Below, piece by piece: positions 1 through 11,399 of a stretch of DNA of 43,881 nucleotides. Source of the stretch: Azolla caroliniana (taxonomy: Eukaryota > Plantae > Polypodiophyta); NCBI GenBank assembly GCA_043228905.1, contig JBHGNT010000259.1, positions 1-43,881 of the forward strand, read 5' to 3'. The translations under genes and the position numbers were made by a program. Positions within the stretch are counted from its first letter, which is position 1; each line of letters opens with the position of its first letter. The notes under the pieces are model-generated. The model worked only from the letters and a program-made list of their open reading frames with translations, was not told the origin of the DNA and did no database searches.

Positions 1-70
1 AGTCATCGCGAACTTCAGTCGGGGGCTCGGGTCGGATCGGACTGCCCGAGTTAGCACAAAGTACAAGACT

Positions 71-2286
71 GTGGGCCGGAAGGTAAGGCCTGTCGCGGCA
101 CCCTTACCGGAGGGCAGCGAGTCCCGGATCAGAGGGGTTGCGTCGGACCCCAGTTTACGAGATCCGGCCTGCATAGGACACACCTTCACCGACGGGACGC
201 TCCGGGAGCTCAAAATCAGTGGGGGCGGGTTCCTACTGCCGGCGGAGGAAGACCGGTTTCAGAGGATGCTCGGAAGGCACGGGAAAGCCTTCGCATTCTC
301 ACCGGAAGAGATCGGGTGCGTAGACCCGACGATCGTGGAGCCGATGGTGATATTCACGGTACCGCATGTGCCGTGGAATCTCAAGCCGATTCCGGTACCG
401 AGAGCTCACATCCCGAAGTTGATGGAGCTATTGAGGCAGAAAGTAGATATGGGCATTCTTGAACCGTCGAGTGCCCCATACTCGAACCGATGGTTTACCG
501 TACCGAAGAAAAACGGAACGTTGCGCTTCATTCAAGACCTACAGCCGGTCAACAGAGTGACCATTCGAAACGCAGGAATCGGACCGACCATAGATGAGTT
601 CGCGGAGGCCTTCGCCGGAAGGTCGATTTACTCGGTCGGTGATCTGTACTCAGGGTACGACCAGTTCCAGCTAGCCGTGGAGAGCAGAGACATTACGACG
701 ATGCGAACTCCCCTCGGCCTAGTGCGAATGTGTACCCTGCCACAAGGAGGGACCAACTCGGTGGCCCACATGGTGAATGCAATGAACAAAGTACTGAGGG
801 ATTGCATCCCGGACATCACCATGCCGTTTCTAGACGACATCCCCATAAAGGGGTGCCCGGTGGAAGAGAAGGACGAGACACTCGGGCCAGACGGATGCCG
901 GCGATTCATAGCAACACACATCGACGACTGCGAGAAGGTGCTACAAAGGCTAGAGGATGCGAGGCTCACCTTCTCCGGGGAGAAATCGGCCTTCGGGCAA
1001 TCAGAAATCCTGGTGGTCGGGCATCTATGTGGACCATATGGCCGGAAGCCGTCTCCGGCAAAGGTAGAAGCCATCTCCGCGATGAAGACCGATTGTAGCT
1101 CGGTTACGGAAGTTCGAAGGTTCCTGGGGGCATGCGCATTCTACCACATATGGATCCCGCATTACGCCCACGTTGCGGAGCCGCTATACGGGTTGCTGAA
1201 GAAGGGGCAAAGATTCGAGTGGCGAGACGAGCACACGGGGTCGGTCCGGAAGCTGAAGGAAGCTCTTGCGGCAGCTCCGGCGCTCCGGAAGGCTGTCTAC
1301 GAGAAGGGTACCCCGGTATACATAACGGTGGATACGAGCTCGACCGGGATCGGATGGGTCGTCAACCAAGAAGACGAGGACGGCACCCGGTTCCCGATCC
1401 GATTCGGCGCTAAGGTCCTCAGTGAGCGACAGCGAGGGTACGCCCAGGTTAAACGTGAACTCTGGGGTATCGTTTCGGCAGTAAAGGCGGACAAAGACTA
1501 CCTGATCGGGACAGAAGTGATTATCGAGACGGATTGCCTGCCGATTCTTGGCATGGTTTCCGGATGCGTGACCCCGGACCTGGCGATGCTCAGGTGGATA
1601 GCGTACATCAAGTCCCTGGACCCAGAGATACGACACATTTCCGGAAAGGACAACACCATGGCCGACATGCTTTCGAGGGCGAGGTTTGATGACGAGGGCG
1701 GCATGGTTTCGGAGGACGAAGAAGTCGGTGTGGACTTCTTCGAGGCGGCGTACGTGACGACCGATGGGACGAGCGCTCTGGCACTTAACGACTTCGACGA
1801 GAGCAAGTACGACGGCGAGTGGCTCCAGATCGGTGGATTCTTGAGGACAATGATGCCGGATGCGTCATGGACGAAGGACGAGGCCAACCGGATCCGGAAG
1901 AAAGCTTACCGATTCTTTCTCCGGGACGGATACTTATGGAAGCACCCGAAGAAGAGGGACGGCGCTCCGCTCCGGGTGGTGGCGATGAAGGAAGAACAGG
2001 AGGAGCTGCTGACGGCCTACCACGACAGCCCTTGGGCCGGACACCGTGGAACCTGGGCCACGTTCGAGAAGATAAAGGGGAAGTACTGGTGGCCGGGACT
2101 GTACCGGGACGTGCATCGATTCGTGACAACTTGCGAGAGTTGTCAGATGCACTCCGTAGTCCGACACCGGGACGAACTTCACCCTACGTACCCTCCGACC
2201 ATCCACTTCAAATGGATGGTAGACCTGGTAACGATGCCGATAGGAGTAGGACAGATGCGGTATCTGGTCCTGGCTCGGGAAGATCT
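71..2286 (+). CDS. pol: G1 pol: reverse transcriptase, RNase H and integrase N-terminus (frame is open upstream of 71; interrupted by a solo LTR)
   Basis: DLYSGYDQ, LPQGGTNS, FLDD (RT); VDTS...RELWG...ETD (RNase H); H..GHRG..C..C zinc finger (integrase). Confidence 0.93.
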
Positions 2287-2908
2287 TGTTAGAAATTGAC
2301 GCTTTCAAAACCTTCACCTCTCGGCCACAACCGAGGAAACACGAGTCAATGCAGCAGTAAATCGAAAGCACAGAGAGAGACTCGAATGCACAGGGTTTAG
2401 CGTGGAAAACCCTAGACGGGAAAAACCACGGGAGTGCAAGACTCCAACTATCACTATACGCAGGGAATGTACAATGGCGAGCTGCAAGGCGACGACCTTG
2501 AGCTCGTTGTCCTCGCCACAGGCGGCGGTATTACACAGAGGCGTCGACCTCTTCCTTTCTCTCTCTCTCGGCTGCTCTCACTTTGCTCCCTCTAAGTGGA
2601 AAACAGAAAAATGAGCAACAACCACAAAACTGTTTGCCCTAAGTCATATTTATACACATATGACTTTCGGGCTATTTACAAATATAGCCTAGAGGGCCCT
2701 TGGCAAACATATTCACAAATATGTCCCCGCATCCGGATCTCTCTCCGGGTACATTCATCATCCGGCTCCGTAGCCGGGGTCTTCATCATCTGGATCCGAA
2801 ACCGGGTCTTCATCATCCGGCTCTGATACCGGGTACTCCTCATTCGGGTCTTCATTCCCGATTCCCGGATATCTGACCATCCCATCCGGAGGGACCGTAA
2901 TCCCAACA
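2287..2908 (-). mobile_element. Copia solo LTR related to the LTRs at 14836 and 19559
   Basis: TG...CA ends; GATCT TSD at 2282-2286 and 2909-2913. The reverse complement aligns with the 14836 LTR. Removing it restores integrase ARED-LTNQVEGR. Confidence 0.95.
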
Positions 2909-2913
2909 GATCT

Positions 2914-3784
2914 AACGAACCAGGTGGAAGGCCGGGCCCTTCAGAACAAAACGACTGCGGCCGTATGTCGGTTCCTGCTCGAGGACGTAATATGCCGGTA
3001 CGGGTGCGTCGGGAAGATCGTGGCTGATCGCGGGGAGTTGGACGCCGAAGAGGCCGAGGAGCTGTTCGACCGGCTAGGAGTCAAGCTCTCGCTTACCACT
3101 GCGTACAATCCGGAGGCGAATGGAAAGGTGGAGCGCGGACACGGACCGATCGTCAAGGCGTTAGTTCGGGCATGCGGAGGTCGGGTCGGGAACTGGCCGC
3201 GGCTACTGCCTTACGCGTTGTGGGCTGACCGGACTACGCACAGTTCGGTAACCGGGTTCATGCCGGCAGAGCTCATGTTTGGGCAGAAGCCGATCATGCC
3301 GATCGAACGTACGGTCTCCTCATGGGCAACCGTGGACTGGAGAGACGAGATGAGCCGGGAGGAACTGTTGACGGCGCGCATACGACAGCTCGAGCGGAGA
3401 CCGGAGGACGTGGAGCAGGCTGCGGAAAAGCTTCGGGAAGCAAGGATGAGGAACAAAGCCCGGTTCGACCGAACACACCGACTCGGACCGAAGAAGATCG
3501 AGGAAGGCGACTGGGTGCTAGTCTACGACAGCAGCCTCGACAACCAGCACCGAGCGACGCGGAAGTTCGCAAGAAGGTGGTTCGGGCCTTACGTGGTACA
3601 AAGCGCCAACGACAACGGGATGTACCATCTGGCGGAACTCGACGGCATGAGAGTGGTGATACCGGTAGCTGGGAAACGGATCAAAGCGTTCAAGAAGCGT
3701 CACGACGACGAGCCGGATCCGGTTGACCTGGACCGGGACGACGAACGATCCGAAACCGAGGAAGAACTGACGGGCGGGGAATGA
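2914..3784 (+). CDS. pol: G1 integrase core and C-terminus (GPY/F motif, no chromodomain)
   Basis: IVADRGE, YNPEANGKVERG, RWFGPY; continues the 71-2286 frame once the solo LTR is removed. Confidence 0.92.
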
Positions 3785-3856
3785 AGGCTGGACCGGTTTT
3801 CTCCGTCCCAACACAATTGGCGCATGCCGGTGGATGCGCGGTTAGGTGGGGGCGGA

Positions 3857-4415
3857 TGTCGTGAAGAAAACCGTCCACAAGCGGAATCGGTGTACCGGAG
3901 CGTAGAAACCAACTCTTCATGCACGTGCGCCTTAAGTTGTACATAGGAGATCCTAGGTAGATTCGGTAGGTAGGGAGTAAAGGGGGGAAACGGCTCCTTC
4001 CTTGCCTATAAAAGGAGGGAGACGAGGAGAGTAAGCGGATGGCGGAGAGTCGAGGACGAAGTGCTGTCGGTTTGCGTGCGAAGGCTTCTCTCTCTCTCTC
4101 TTTCTGGTTGCAAACGCCATAGCTTCCTTCTGTGCAGGTTTCGGGAGGCCCGCGCTGCTCTGAGGAATGCCCGAGTGCTTCCGGCAGCACCTCCAACCTA
4201 CTCATCCCCCTCTGTGCGTTTACGAACAGGTATCGGCATCTGTTCGCCGGCCTGTTCGGTTGTAACCGACTTCGTGTTTTGTTGTCTTCGTGTTCTTGTT
4301 GTTTGTCTTGTCAATACATGCATACTTTCGTGTCTTTCTGTGTCGCTGTCCCACTTGCGTCTTTGCGTCGAAGGGCCGTGTCCCTGTGAATCTACGCTCG
4401 CACGTAGTGGGTCTC

Positions 4416-4455
<40 letters not shown>

Positions 4456-4518
4456 TCTTCGGTACAGGACCCCCGAGGTCCCGCCTCACTCCACGCATCC
4501 GCGAGGAATACCTCGACA
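3857..4518 (+). repeat. G1 3' LTR (~662 bp)
   Basis: TGTCG...CGACA after PPT AGGTGGGGGCGGA; TATAAAA near 4007; (CT)n near 4412-4451; homologous to the 8099 LTR. Confidence 0.88.
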
Positions 4519-7500
4519 ACGGGCAGCGACACGCACCAAGAAGAACTACATGGAGCCTGCCCGAACGTACGGGTGAAAATTGGCAATGTCGAGATCGACC
4601 AACACTTCTTTGTGTTGAAGACGTCCTCACATCCGGTTATACTAGGAGAACCATACATCACGGCGGCATGGATGGAGACCAAGGAGCTAGACAACGGTTC
4701 AGCCTACGCAAGAGTCAAGAGCCAGAACGGGCGTCACTCGGTCCAGTTCTTGACGGTGCGACCAAACCATGAGCGTAACCGTGAGACCCTCGGTGGCGAA
4801 ACCTGAGGGGATTTTTAGAGAGGGCTATCAAGGCGTGGGGCCGCGATAGTCCGAACACCCTGGAAAAACCCCACAAATGTACAGTACGGAAGAAGACATG
4901 TACCATAGGTAGGAAATTTTGGTTCACGACAACGGAGGTTGTACTATGGCCGGCGTCAGCGGCCGGGAAAGGAAGCGAGCAGAGGAGTGGCTCAGGGGAT
5001 GCAGAGTCCTCTCCCCCGACGAAGAGATCAGTAGCGCCGTGGAGGCGGTCTCTTTTGACGACACCTTGGGCGAGTTGCGAAAGGTGATCGATGAAGACCT
5101 TAGAGAAGACCGAACCGTTCCGGTAGGTTCGATGGGAATGTATGAAGTCATTGCGGACTTCGGGGAAAGGATCGGGTCGGATTGGACGGCCCGCGTGAGT
5201 AGAAAGTACAAGACTGTGGACTGAAAGGTAAGGCCGATTGCGGCACCCTTGCCGGAGGGCAGTAAGGAGCGGATAAAAGGGGTCGTGTCAGACCCAAGTT
5301 TACGGAATCCAGCTGGCATAGGGCACCAGTTCACCGACATAATGCTACGGGAGCTCAAGGTCGGTGGGGGTGGCTTTCTACTGCTGGCGAAGGAGAACAG
5401 GTTTCGGATAATGCTCGGAGGAGAATAGGTTTACGTTGCTGAAGAAGAACGACACACTGCGCTTCATTTAGGACCTGCAACCAGTTAATATGGTGACCAT
5501 CCGTAATGCAGGAATCAGACCGACCATAGACGAGTTTGCGGAGGCCTTCGCTGGGAGGTCGATCTATTCGGTCGGTGACTTATACTCGGGGTATGACCAG
5601 TTCAAGCTAGCCGTGGAGAGCAGGGATATCACGACGATGCGAAACCCTCTCGGCCTAGTACGGATGTGTACCCTACGACAAGGCGGGACGAACTCGGTGG
5701 CACATATGGTGAACGCAATGAACAAAGTGCTGAGGGACTGCATCCCGGACATCACCATGCCATTCTTGGACGACATCCTGATAAAGGGGTGTCCGGTGGA
5801 AGATGCGGACGAGACTGTCGGGTCGGACGGATGTCGGAGGTTCGTCGTGATCCACATCAACGACTGCGAGAAGGTGTTGCAGAGGCTCGAGAGCACACGA
5901 CTCACCTTCTCCGGAGAAAAATCGGCGTTCGGGCATTCAAAGATCTTGGTGGTTGGACACCTGTGTGGGTGTTACGGTAGGAAACCACCTCCGAAAAAGG
6001 TAGAAGCCATCTTTGCGATGAAGGACGACTGCGGGTCGATTACGGAGGTCCGCAGATTCTTGGGGGCGTGCATGTTCTACCACATCTGGATTCCACATTA
6101 CGCGCATGTTGCGGAGCCGCTCTACAGGCTATTGAAGAAAGGGCGTAGGTTCGAGTGGAGAACGGAGCATACAGAGTCGGTCTAGAGACTAAAGGAGGCG
6201 CTTACGGTAGCACCAGCTCTCTGTAAAGCGTCTTACGGCAAGGGCGTCCCAATCTACGTGACGGTGGACATGAGCCCGACCGGGATCGGGTGGGTGATCA
6301 ATCAAGAGGATGACGTTGGCACGAGGTTCCCCATTCGGTTCGGTGCGAAGGTCCTCAGTGAGCGACAATGAGGATACGCCCAGGTTAAATGCGAACTCTA
6401 GGGTATTGTATCAACGGTGAAGGTTGATAAAGACTACCTGATCGGGACAGAGGTAATAATTGAGACGGACTACCTGCCAATTCTCGGCATGGTTTCCGGA
6501 TGCGTGACGCCGGACCTGGCAATGCTCAGGTGGATAGCGTACATCAAGTCCTTGAATCCGGAGATACGACACATTTCCGGAAAAGACAATGCCATGGCCG
6601 ACATGCTCTCAATGGCAAGGTTCGAAAACGAGGATGGCATGGTTTCGGAGGACGAGGAAGTCGGCGTAGATTACTTCGAGGCGGCATACATGACGACCAG
6701 AAAGGGGAGCACTCCGGTGCTTAAAAAATTCGACGAGAGCAAGTATGACGGGGAGTGGCTCCAGATCCGCGTATCGATTCTTCCTTGGGGGTGGGTACAT
6801 ATGGAAGCACCTGAAGAAGAGGGACGACATCCCACTCCGAGTGGTGGCGAAGAAGGAGGAACAAGAGGAGTTGTTGGAGGCCTACCACGAGAGTCCTTGG
6901 GCCGGACACCGGTGGAACGTGGGCCACGTTCGAGAAGCTGAAGGGGAAGTACTGGTGGCCAGGACTGTACCGGGACGTGCACCGGTTCGTGACGACTTGT
7001 GAAAGCTGCTAGATGCAGTCCATAGTCCGACACCGAGACGAGCTTCACCTGACCTACCCTCCAACCGTCCACTTCAAATGGATGGTGGATTTGGTGACGA
7101 TGCCGATGGGGGTAGGACAGATGCGTTACCTAGTGCTTGCGCGGGAAGACTTAATGAACTAGGTGGAAGGCCATGCATTGCAGAACAAGACAACCGTGGC
7201 AGTATGCCGGTTCCTGATCGAAGAGGTAGTGTGTCGGTACGGGTGCGTCGGGAGGATCGTGGTGGACCGAGGAGAACTGGATGCACGGGAAGCTGAGGAG
7301 CTGTTCGACCGGCTAGGGTTCAAACTCTCCCTCACTACGGCGTACAATCCGGAGGCGAACGGGAAAGTAAAGCGTGGGCACGGGCCGATTGTAAAGGCGT
7401 TGGTGCGTGCATGCGGAGGGCAGGTCGGGAATTGGCCGTGGCTCCTTCCTTATGCACTATGGGTGGACCGAACTACGCATAGTTTGGTAATCGGGTTCAT

Positions 7501-8023
7501 GCCGACAGAGCTTATGTACGGACAGAGGCCGATCATGCCAATGGAGCGAACCATCTCCTCATGGGCCACGGTGGACTAGAGAGATGAGATGAGCCGGGAG
7601 GAGCTGCTAGCGGCACGGATTCGACAGCTTGAGTGAAGGCCGGAGGACATGGAACGAGCCGCAGAGAAGCTTCGGTTGGCAAGGTTGAAGAACAAAGGGC
7701 GGTTTGATCGGACTCACCGACTGTGACCGAAGAAAATCGAGGAAGGCGACTGGGTCCTAGTGTATGACAGCAGCCTCGACAACTAGCACAGGGCAACGCG
7801 GAAGTTTGCAAGGAGGTGGTTCGGGCCTTACGTGGTGACAGGCACCAACGACAACGGGACCTACCATCTTGCGGAGCTCGACAGTACGAGGATGAAAATA
7901 CCGGTAGCGGGCAAGAGGGTCAAAGCGTTTAAGAAACGACACGAGTGCGAGCCGGATCTAGAAAGTATGGACGGCGACGACGGGCGGTCCGAGGCGGATG
8001 ACGAACCGGAAGACGAGGAGTAA
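4519..8023 (+). pseudogene. pol: G2 Gypsy protease-RT-RNaseH-integrase, degenerate close relative of G1
   Basis: ORF fragments 4573-4806, 5490-6185, 6417-6941, 7163-7579 and 7832-8023 match G1 pol; many stops; deletion near 5420. Confidence 0.92.
4809..4874 (+). promoter_or_regulatory. Putative -1 ribosomal frameshift signal (G_GAU_UUU_stop, stem-loop, possible pseudoknot)
   Basis: Conserved with base-pair-preserving changes at 12114-12176. Confidence 0.7.
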
Positions 8024-8098
8024 AGCATGGGCCGGTTTTCTCTAGCAATAGCCCAATTTTGGCGCATACCGGTGGATGCGCTGTTAGGTGGGGGCGGA

Positions 8099-8795
8099 TG
8101 TCGCGAAGAAAACCGTCCCTAGGCGGAAACTGAGTGTAGCATGTGTAAATCGACCCTTACACGCGATCACACTTTTCGTTGTATGGTAAGTAGGTAGGTA
8201 CAAGTCGGATGAGGTGAAATCCTAGGTAGTGCGCATTTAATAGGGAGAGAATCGAGTTGTGTCTCTGTTCGAAAGGACAGAGAATTAATATGATGTAATG
8301 GATGATAACGGCCTCCCTCCTTGGGCTATAAAAGAGAGGGAGAGGGATGAGAGGGGGTATCGCGCGTTAGAGAGGACGAAGTGCTGCCGGACTGGAACCG
8401 AGCCCTTCTCCTCTGCCACTCTCCATAGCCATTTTTGCGCAGGTTTTCGGGAGGCTGACTCTACTCCGTGGAACGCCCGTGTGTTTCCGACAGAGTCTCC
8501 ATCTCGCTCTTCTATGTGTGTGAGTGAACAGGCATTGGTGTTCACCTTGCCGGCCTGTTAGTTGTAACTGTCTCGATATATATATATATATTTATATACA
8601 TACGTGTTGAGGTGCTCAGACTTCTAGTCGTCTCGCTTTGCTGTGTTGTTGGACCGTGATTCCTGTGTGCTCCCGTGTTTGTGCGTGTGCAAGTGCGTCC
8701 ATTGCCTTTCTATTGTCCTCCTTCTTAGCTATTTCTCGGTCCAAGACCGCGGTGGTCCCGCCTCGTTCGCCACGCACGCGCGTAACAACGCGACA
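8099..8795 (+). repeat. G2 3' LTR (~697 bp)
   Basis: TGTCGCG...CGCGACA perfect 7-bp inverted termini after the same PPT as G1. Confidence 0.9.
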
Positions 8796-8799
8796 ACGT

Positions 8800-9340
8800 T
8801 TGGAGCTTACTCAACATTGGGTCTAGTCTGATGGAGTTGCATCACAATTCATGGCTAGACGTCCATTTTATTTTGTTGGGAGGTATCCTGCTATAATAGG
8901 TTTGGAGATGAGATGGACTTTTTTTGGGTCTAGCCATGGTAAAGGTGAACATGATGATGCAAGTGCTGTTATAAAGCAAGCACTTACCCATGAACAACTA
9001 AAGATAGATGGTGTGCAGATCGTTGAATTGTGCAGCACATGTAGTTGAGTTTTTAAGAGCTAATATGTCAACGAATGCAACTGGTGTTTATTCCTCGCAG
9101 GTCTGAGATATCAAACGTGAATTTTGGGAAGTGAAGATAGATGAAGTAAATAGGGAGAAGCCCTAGGAGTGCCAAGGAATTCCCGAATTCTGATCTCTCC
9201 ATGCCATTCGCGGTTATTCTAGGTTGGATGGTCATTGTATTGTGGTTAGAGAATTAACTTGTTTTTACTTTCCATTGTGTGCAGGGAAATTGGAGGTATT
9301 GTTTAAACAAAGCATATATTCAGAATTGGGTGTATCATAC
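8800..9340 (+). pseudogene. DNA-transposon DDE/D transposase fragment (Sola-like motifs)
   Basis: Decayed frame reading SDGVASQFMARRPFYF...W.FFGSSHGKGEHDDASAVIKQAL followed by a Cys-rich tail; superfamily assigned from recalled motifs only. Confidence 0.55.
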
Positions 9341-9532
9341 TTTTATTCTCTGTCCCTTTGGATAGAGATCCGCTTCAATTTATAGCCTATTAATATATAT
9401 TTCCTAGGATATACACATCATGTCGGCCTATTGCTAGTTATGTACAGTGTGTTAGTTTGACTGCACACGTGTAAGTGCCGTTTCACGCGCCAAATTCTAT
9501 GATTCCACCTTAGGCCGGTTTTCTCCACGACA
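9341..9532 (-). repeat. Truncated U3 portion of a G1/G2-lineage LTR
   Basis: Reverse complement starts TGTCGTGGAGAAAACCGGCC and aligns patchily with the first ~190 bp of the 8099 LTR. Confidence 0.75.
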
Positions 9533-10990
9533 ACGTGAAGACTTGAAGACAGATGCTTTCACCCAAGCCATTGCAGCACAAAATGATCCCTCTCGAGCAT
9601 CTTTTTCACAGTCGCAACAACTAGGTACGGACTATCGACAATTCAAATGTCATGATGGATTACTATTCTTTAAGACTCTCGTGTATATTCCTAAAGGTTC
9701 TTGTCGCCGTCGAGTAGTCCAAAATTGTCATGACACATATATAGTTGGGCATTTCGGTAGTACTAAGACATTCGATTTAGTACAACAACCATTTTGGTGG
9801 CCCTGGATGCGACAATTTGTCGAAGATTTTGTTCGGACTTGGAATACATATTGCAGAGCAAAAATTCGAAGGCATCATCCATATGGTTTATTAGAGCCAT
9901 TACTAATTCCAAGCAAGCCGTGGCAATCCATGCTCTAGATTTCATCACAGATGTTCCAGTCTCTACGGGATTCAATGTGATTTTAACAGTAGTAGATCGA
10001 TATACAAAGATAGCTCATTTCCTACCATATACTAAGGAAATCTCCAGTGAAGAAATCGCCGAAACCATCATGCGTGAACTATGTCGACATCATGGCCTTC
10101 CCGATAATATCATCAGCGACCGTGGACCATAGTTCGTCTCGAAATTCTGGAAGCCCCTTTTTTAAATGCTCAAGGTCACTTGTAACCTCTCCTCCGGCTA
10201 CCACCCGCAAACCGACGGCCAAGCAAAACAAACAAATCAAACGTTGGATCAGTATTTTCAGTGCTTTCTAAGCTATCATCAGCATAACTGGGCGGATATT
10301 CTCCACTTTGCCGAATTTGCCTATAATAACTTTGTCCACTCATCGACTAAATTTATGCCATTTTATGCTTATACGGGTTGTCACCCTTGGTGGTGTGTAT
10401 TTGAAACCATACAGTTACCCACAAATCCTTGCGAAGAGGATCGTTTGGAGCGGTTATGCAAGATACAAGCTGATTTATCTACTCATCTACAACAAGCTCA
10501 ACAAACACACAAGGTTTACGTGGATCGTCATCGGCTTCCATCTAGTTTTAACATAGGAGATTGGGTATGGCTTCTATGACGACACATCAAGACTACTCGC
10601 CCATGCGAGAAGTTGGATTATTGGCGATTAGGTCCTTTCCGTATTATTGGAAAGATTAATGATGTCGCTTTTCGTCTCGATCTACCCCCGCAACTTCGCA
10701 TACATCTGGTATTTCATAGTTCTCTCCTCGAACCCTATGAAGACAGCATCATCCCAGGATGTATTCCACAATCTCCACCCCCGATCGAACTTGAAGATGG
10801 ACCTAAGTACGAGGTTGCCACCATCCTCGATTCCAAGATTGTTCGCAACAAGGTCTACTATTTAGTTGATTGGCTAGGATATAATCCCAGCGAGAGTACT
10901 TGGGAACCAATAGAGAATGTGACCAATGCTCGTGCTCTTCTTGAAGACTTCCATCATCAATATCTAAATAAACTGCGTCCTCAATCCAAA
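9533..10990 (+). pseudogene. Chromovirus (Tcn1/Tf1-like) integrase and chromodomain, copy A
   Basis: H..GHFG, DFITD.P, IISDRGP, YHPQTDGQ, GPF; chromodomain YEVATILDSKIVRNKVYYLVDWLGYNPSESTWEP. Confidence 0.92.
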
Positions 10991-11009
10991 ATGACATGTG
11001 ACATGATAG

Positions 11010-11399
11010 TGTCATGATATGACAAGACTCGAACCCATGACCTTATGTTACATGGTTTGAGCTCTTGACCATTACACTATCTATTATAATACATAAAATA
11101 TTATTTTTATTTAGGTTTTACTATTGAAAATTAATGTATATTCCAGATTTCTCAGGACTACTCCTGAGAACACTATAAACGGAGGCAGAAAGCATTATTT
11201 CCACGCGAGTCTTAAGCCTCCTAGCCTTCCTTGTATATTCTTCTCACATGATATATCGTTGTCATCATCATTTTCTCTCTCTCTCGCTTCCACTCTCTCT
11301 CTGTCCTTCTCTCAAGTGTTTCACACTCTCTATTCATGTTATTACTAATATTCCTCTCTTAGTACTAATTTCTTCTTTGTTTGAGTACTATTCCTGACA
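11010..11399 (+). repeat. Chromovirus copy A 3' LTR
   Basis: TGTCATG...CCTGACA; homologous to the LTRs at 26339 and 30711. Confidence 0.9.

Larger units (their letters stand above)
1..4518 (+). mobile_element. Ty3/Gypsy LTR retrotransposon G1 (non-chromovirus; 5' part outside the window), nested in the protease region of G2
   Basis: RT-RNaseH-integrase order, PPT and 3' LTR. After 4518 the G2 protease frame resumes (RAATRT...GACPNVRVKIGNVEID). Confidence 0.92.

Noticed and set aside
4519-4531. Alternative G1 LTR end at GCGACA (4531)
   Set aside because: These bases encode the conserved G2 protease RAAT (compare KIRAATK near 11870), so the LTR ends at 4518.
4061-4576. Hydrophobic ORF as a possible env gene
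   Set aside because: It lies within the LTR and across a (CT)n microsatellite, and is not conserved in the G2 LTR.
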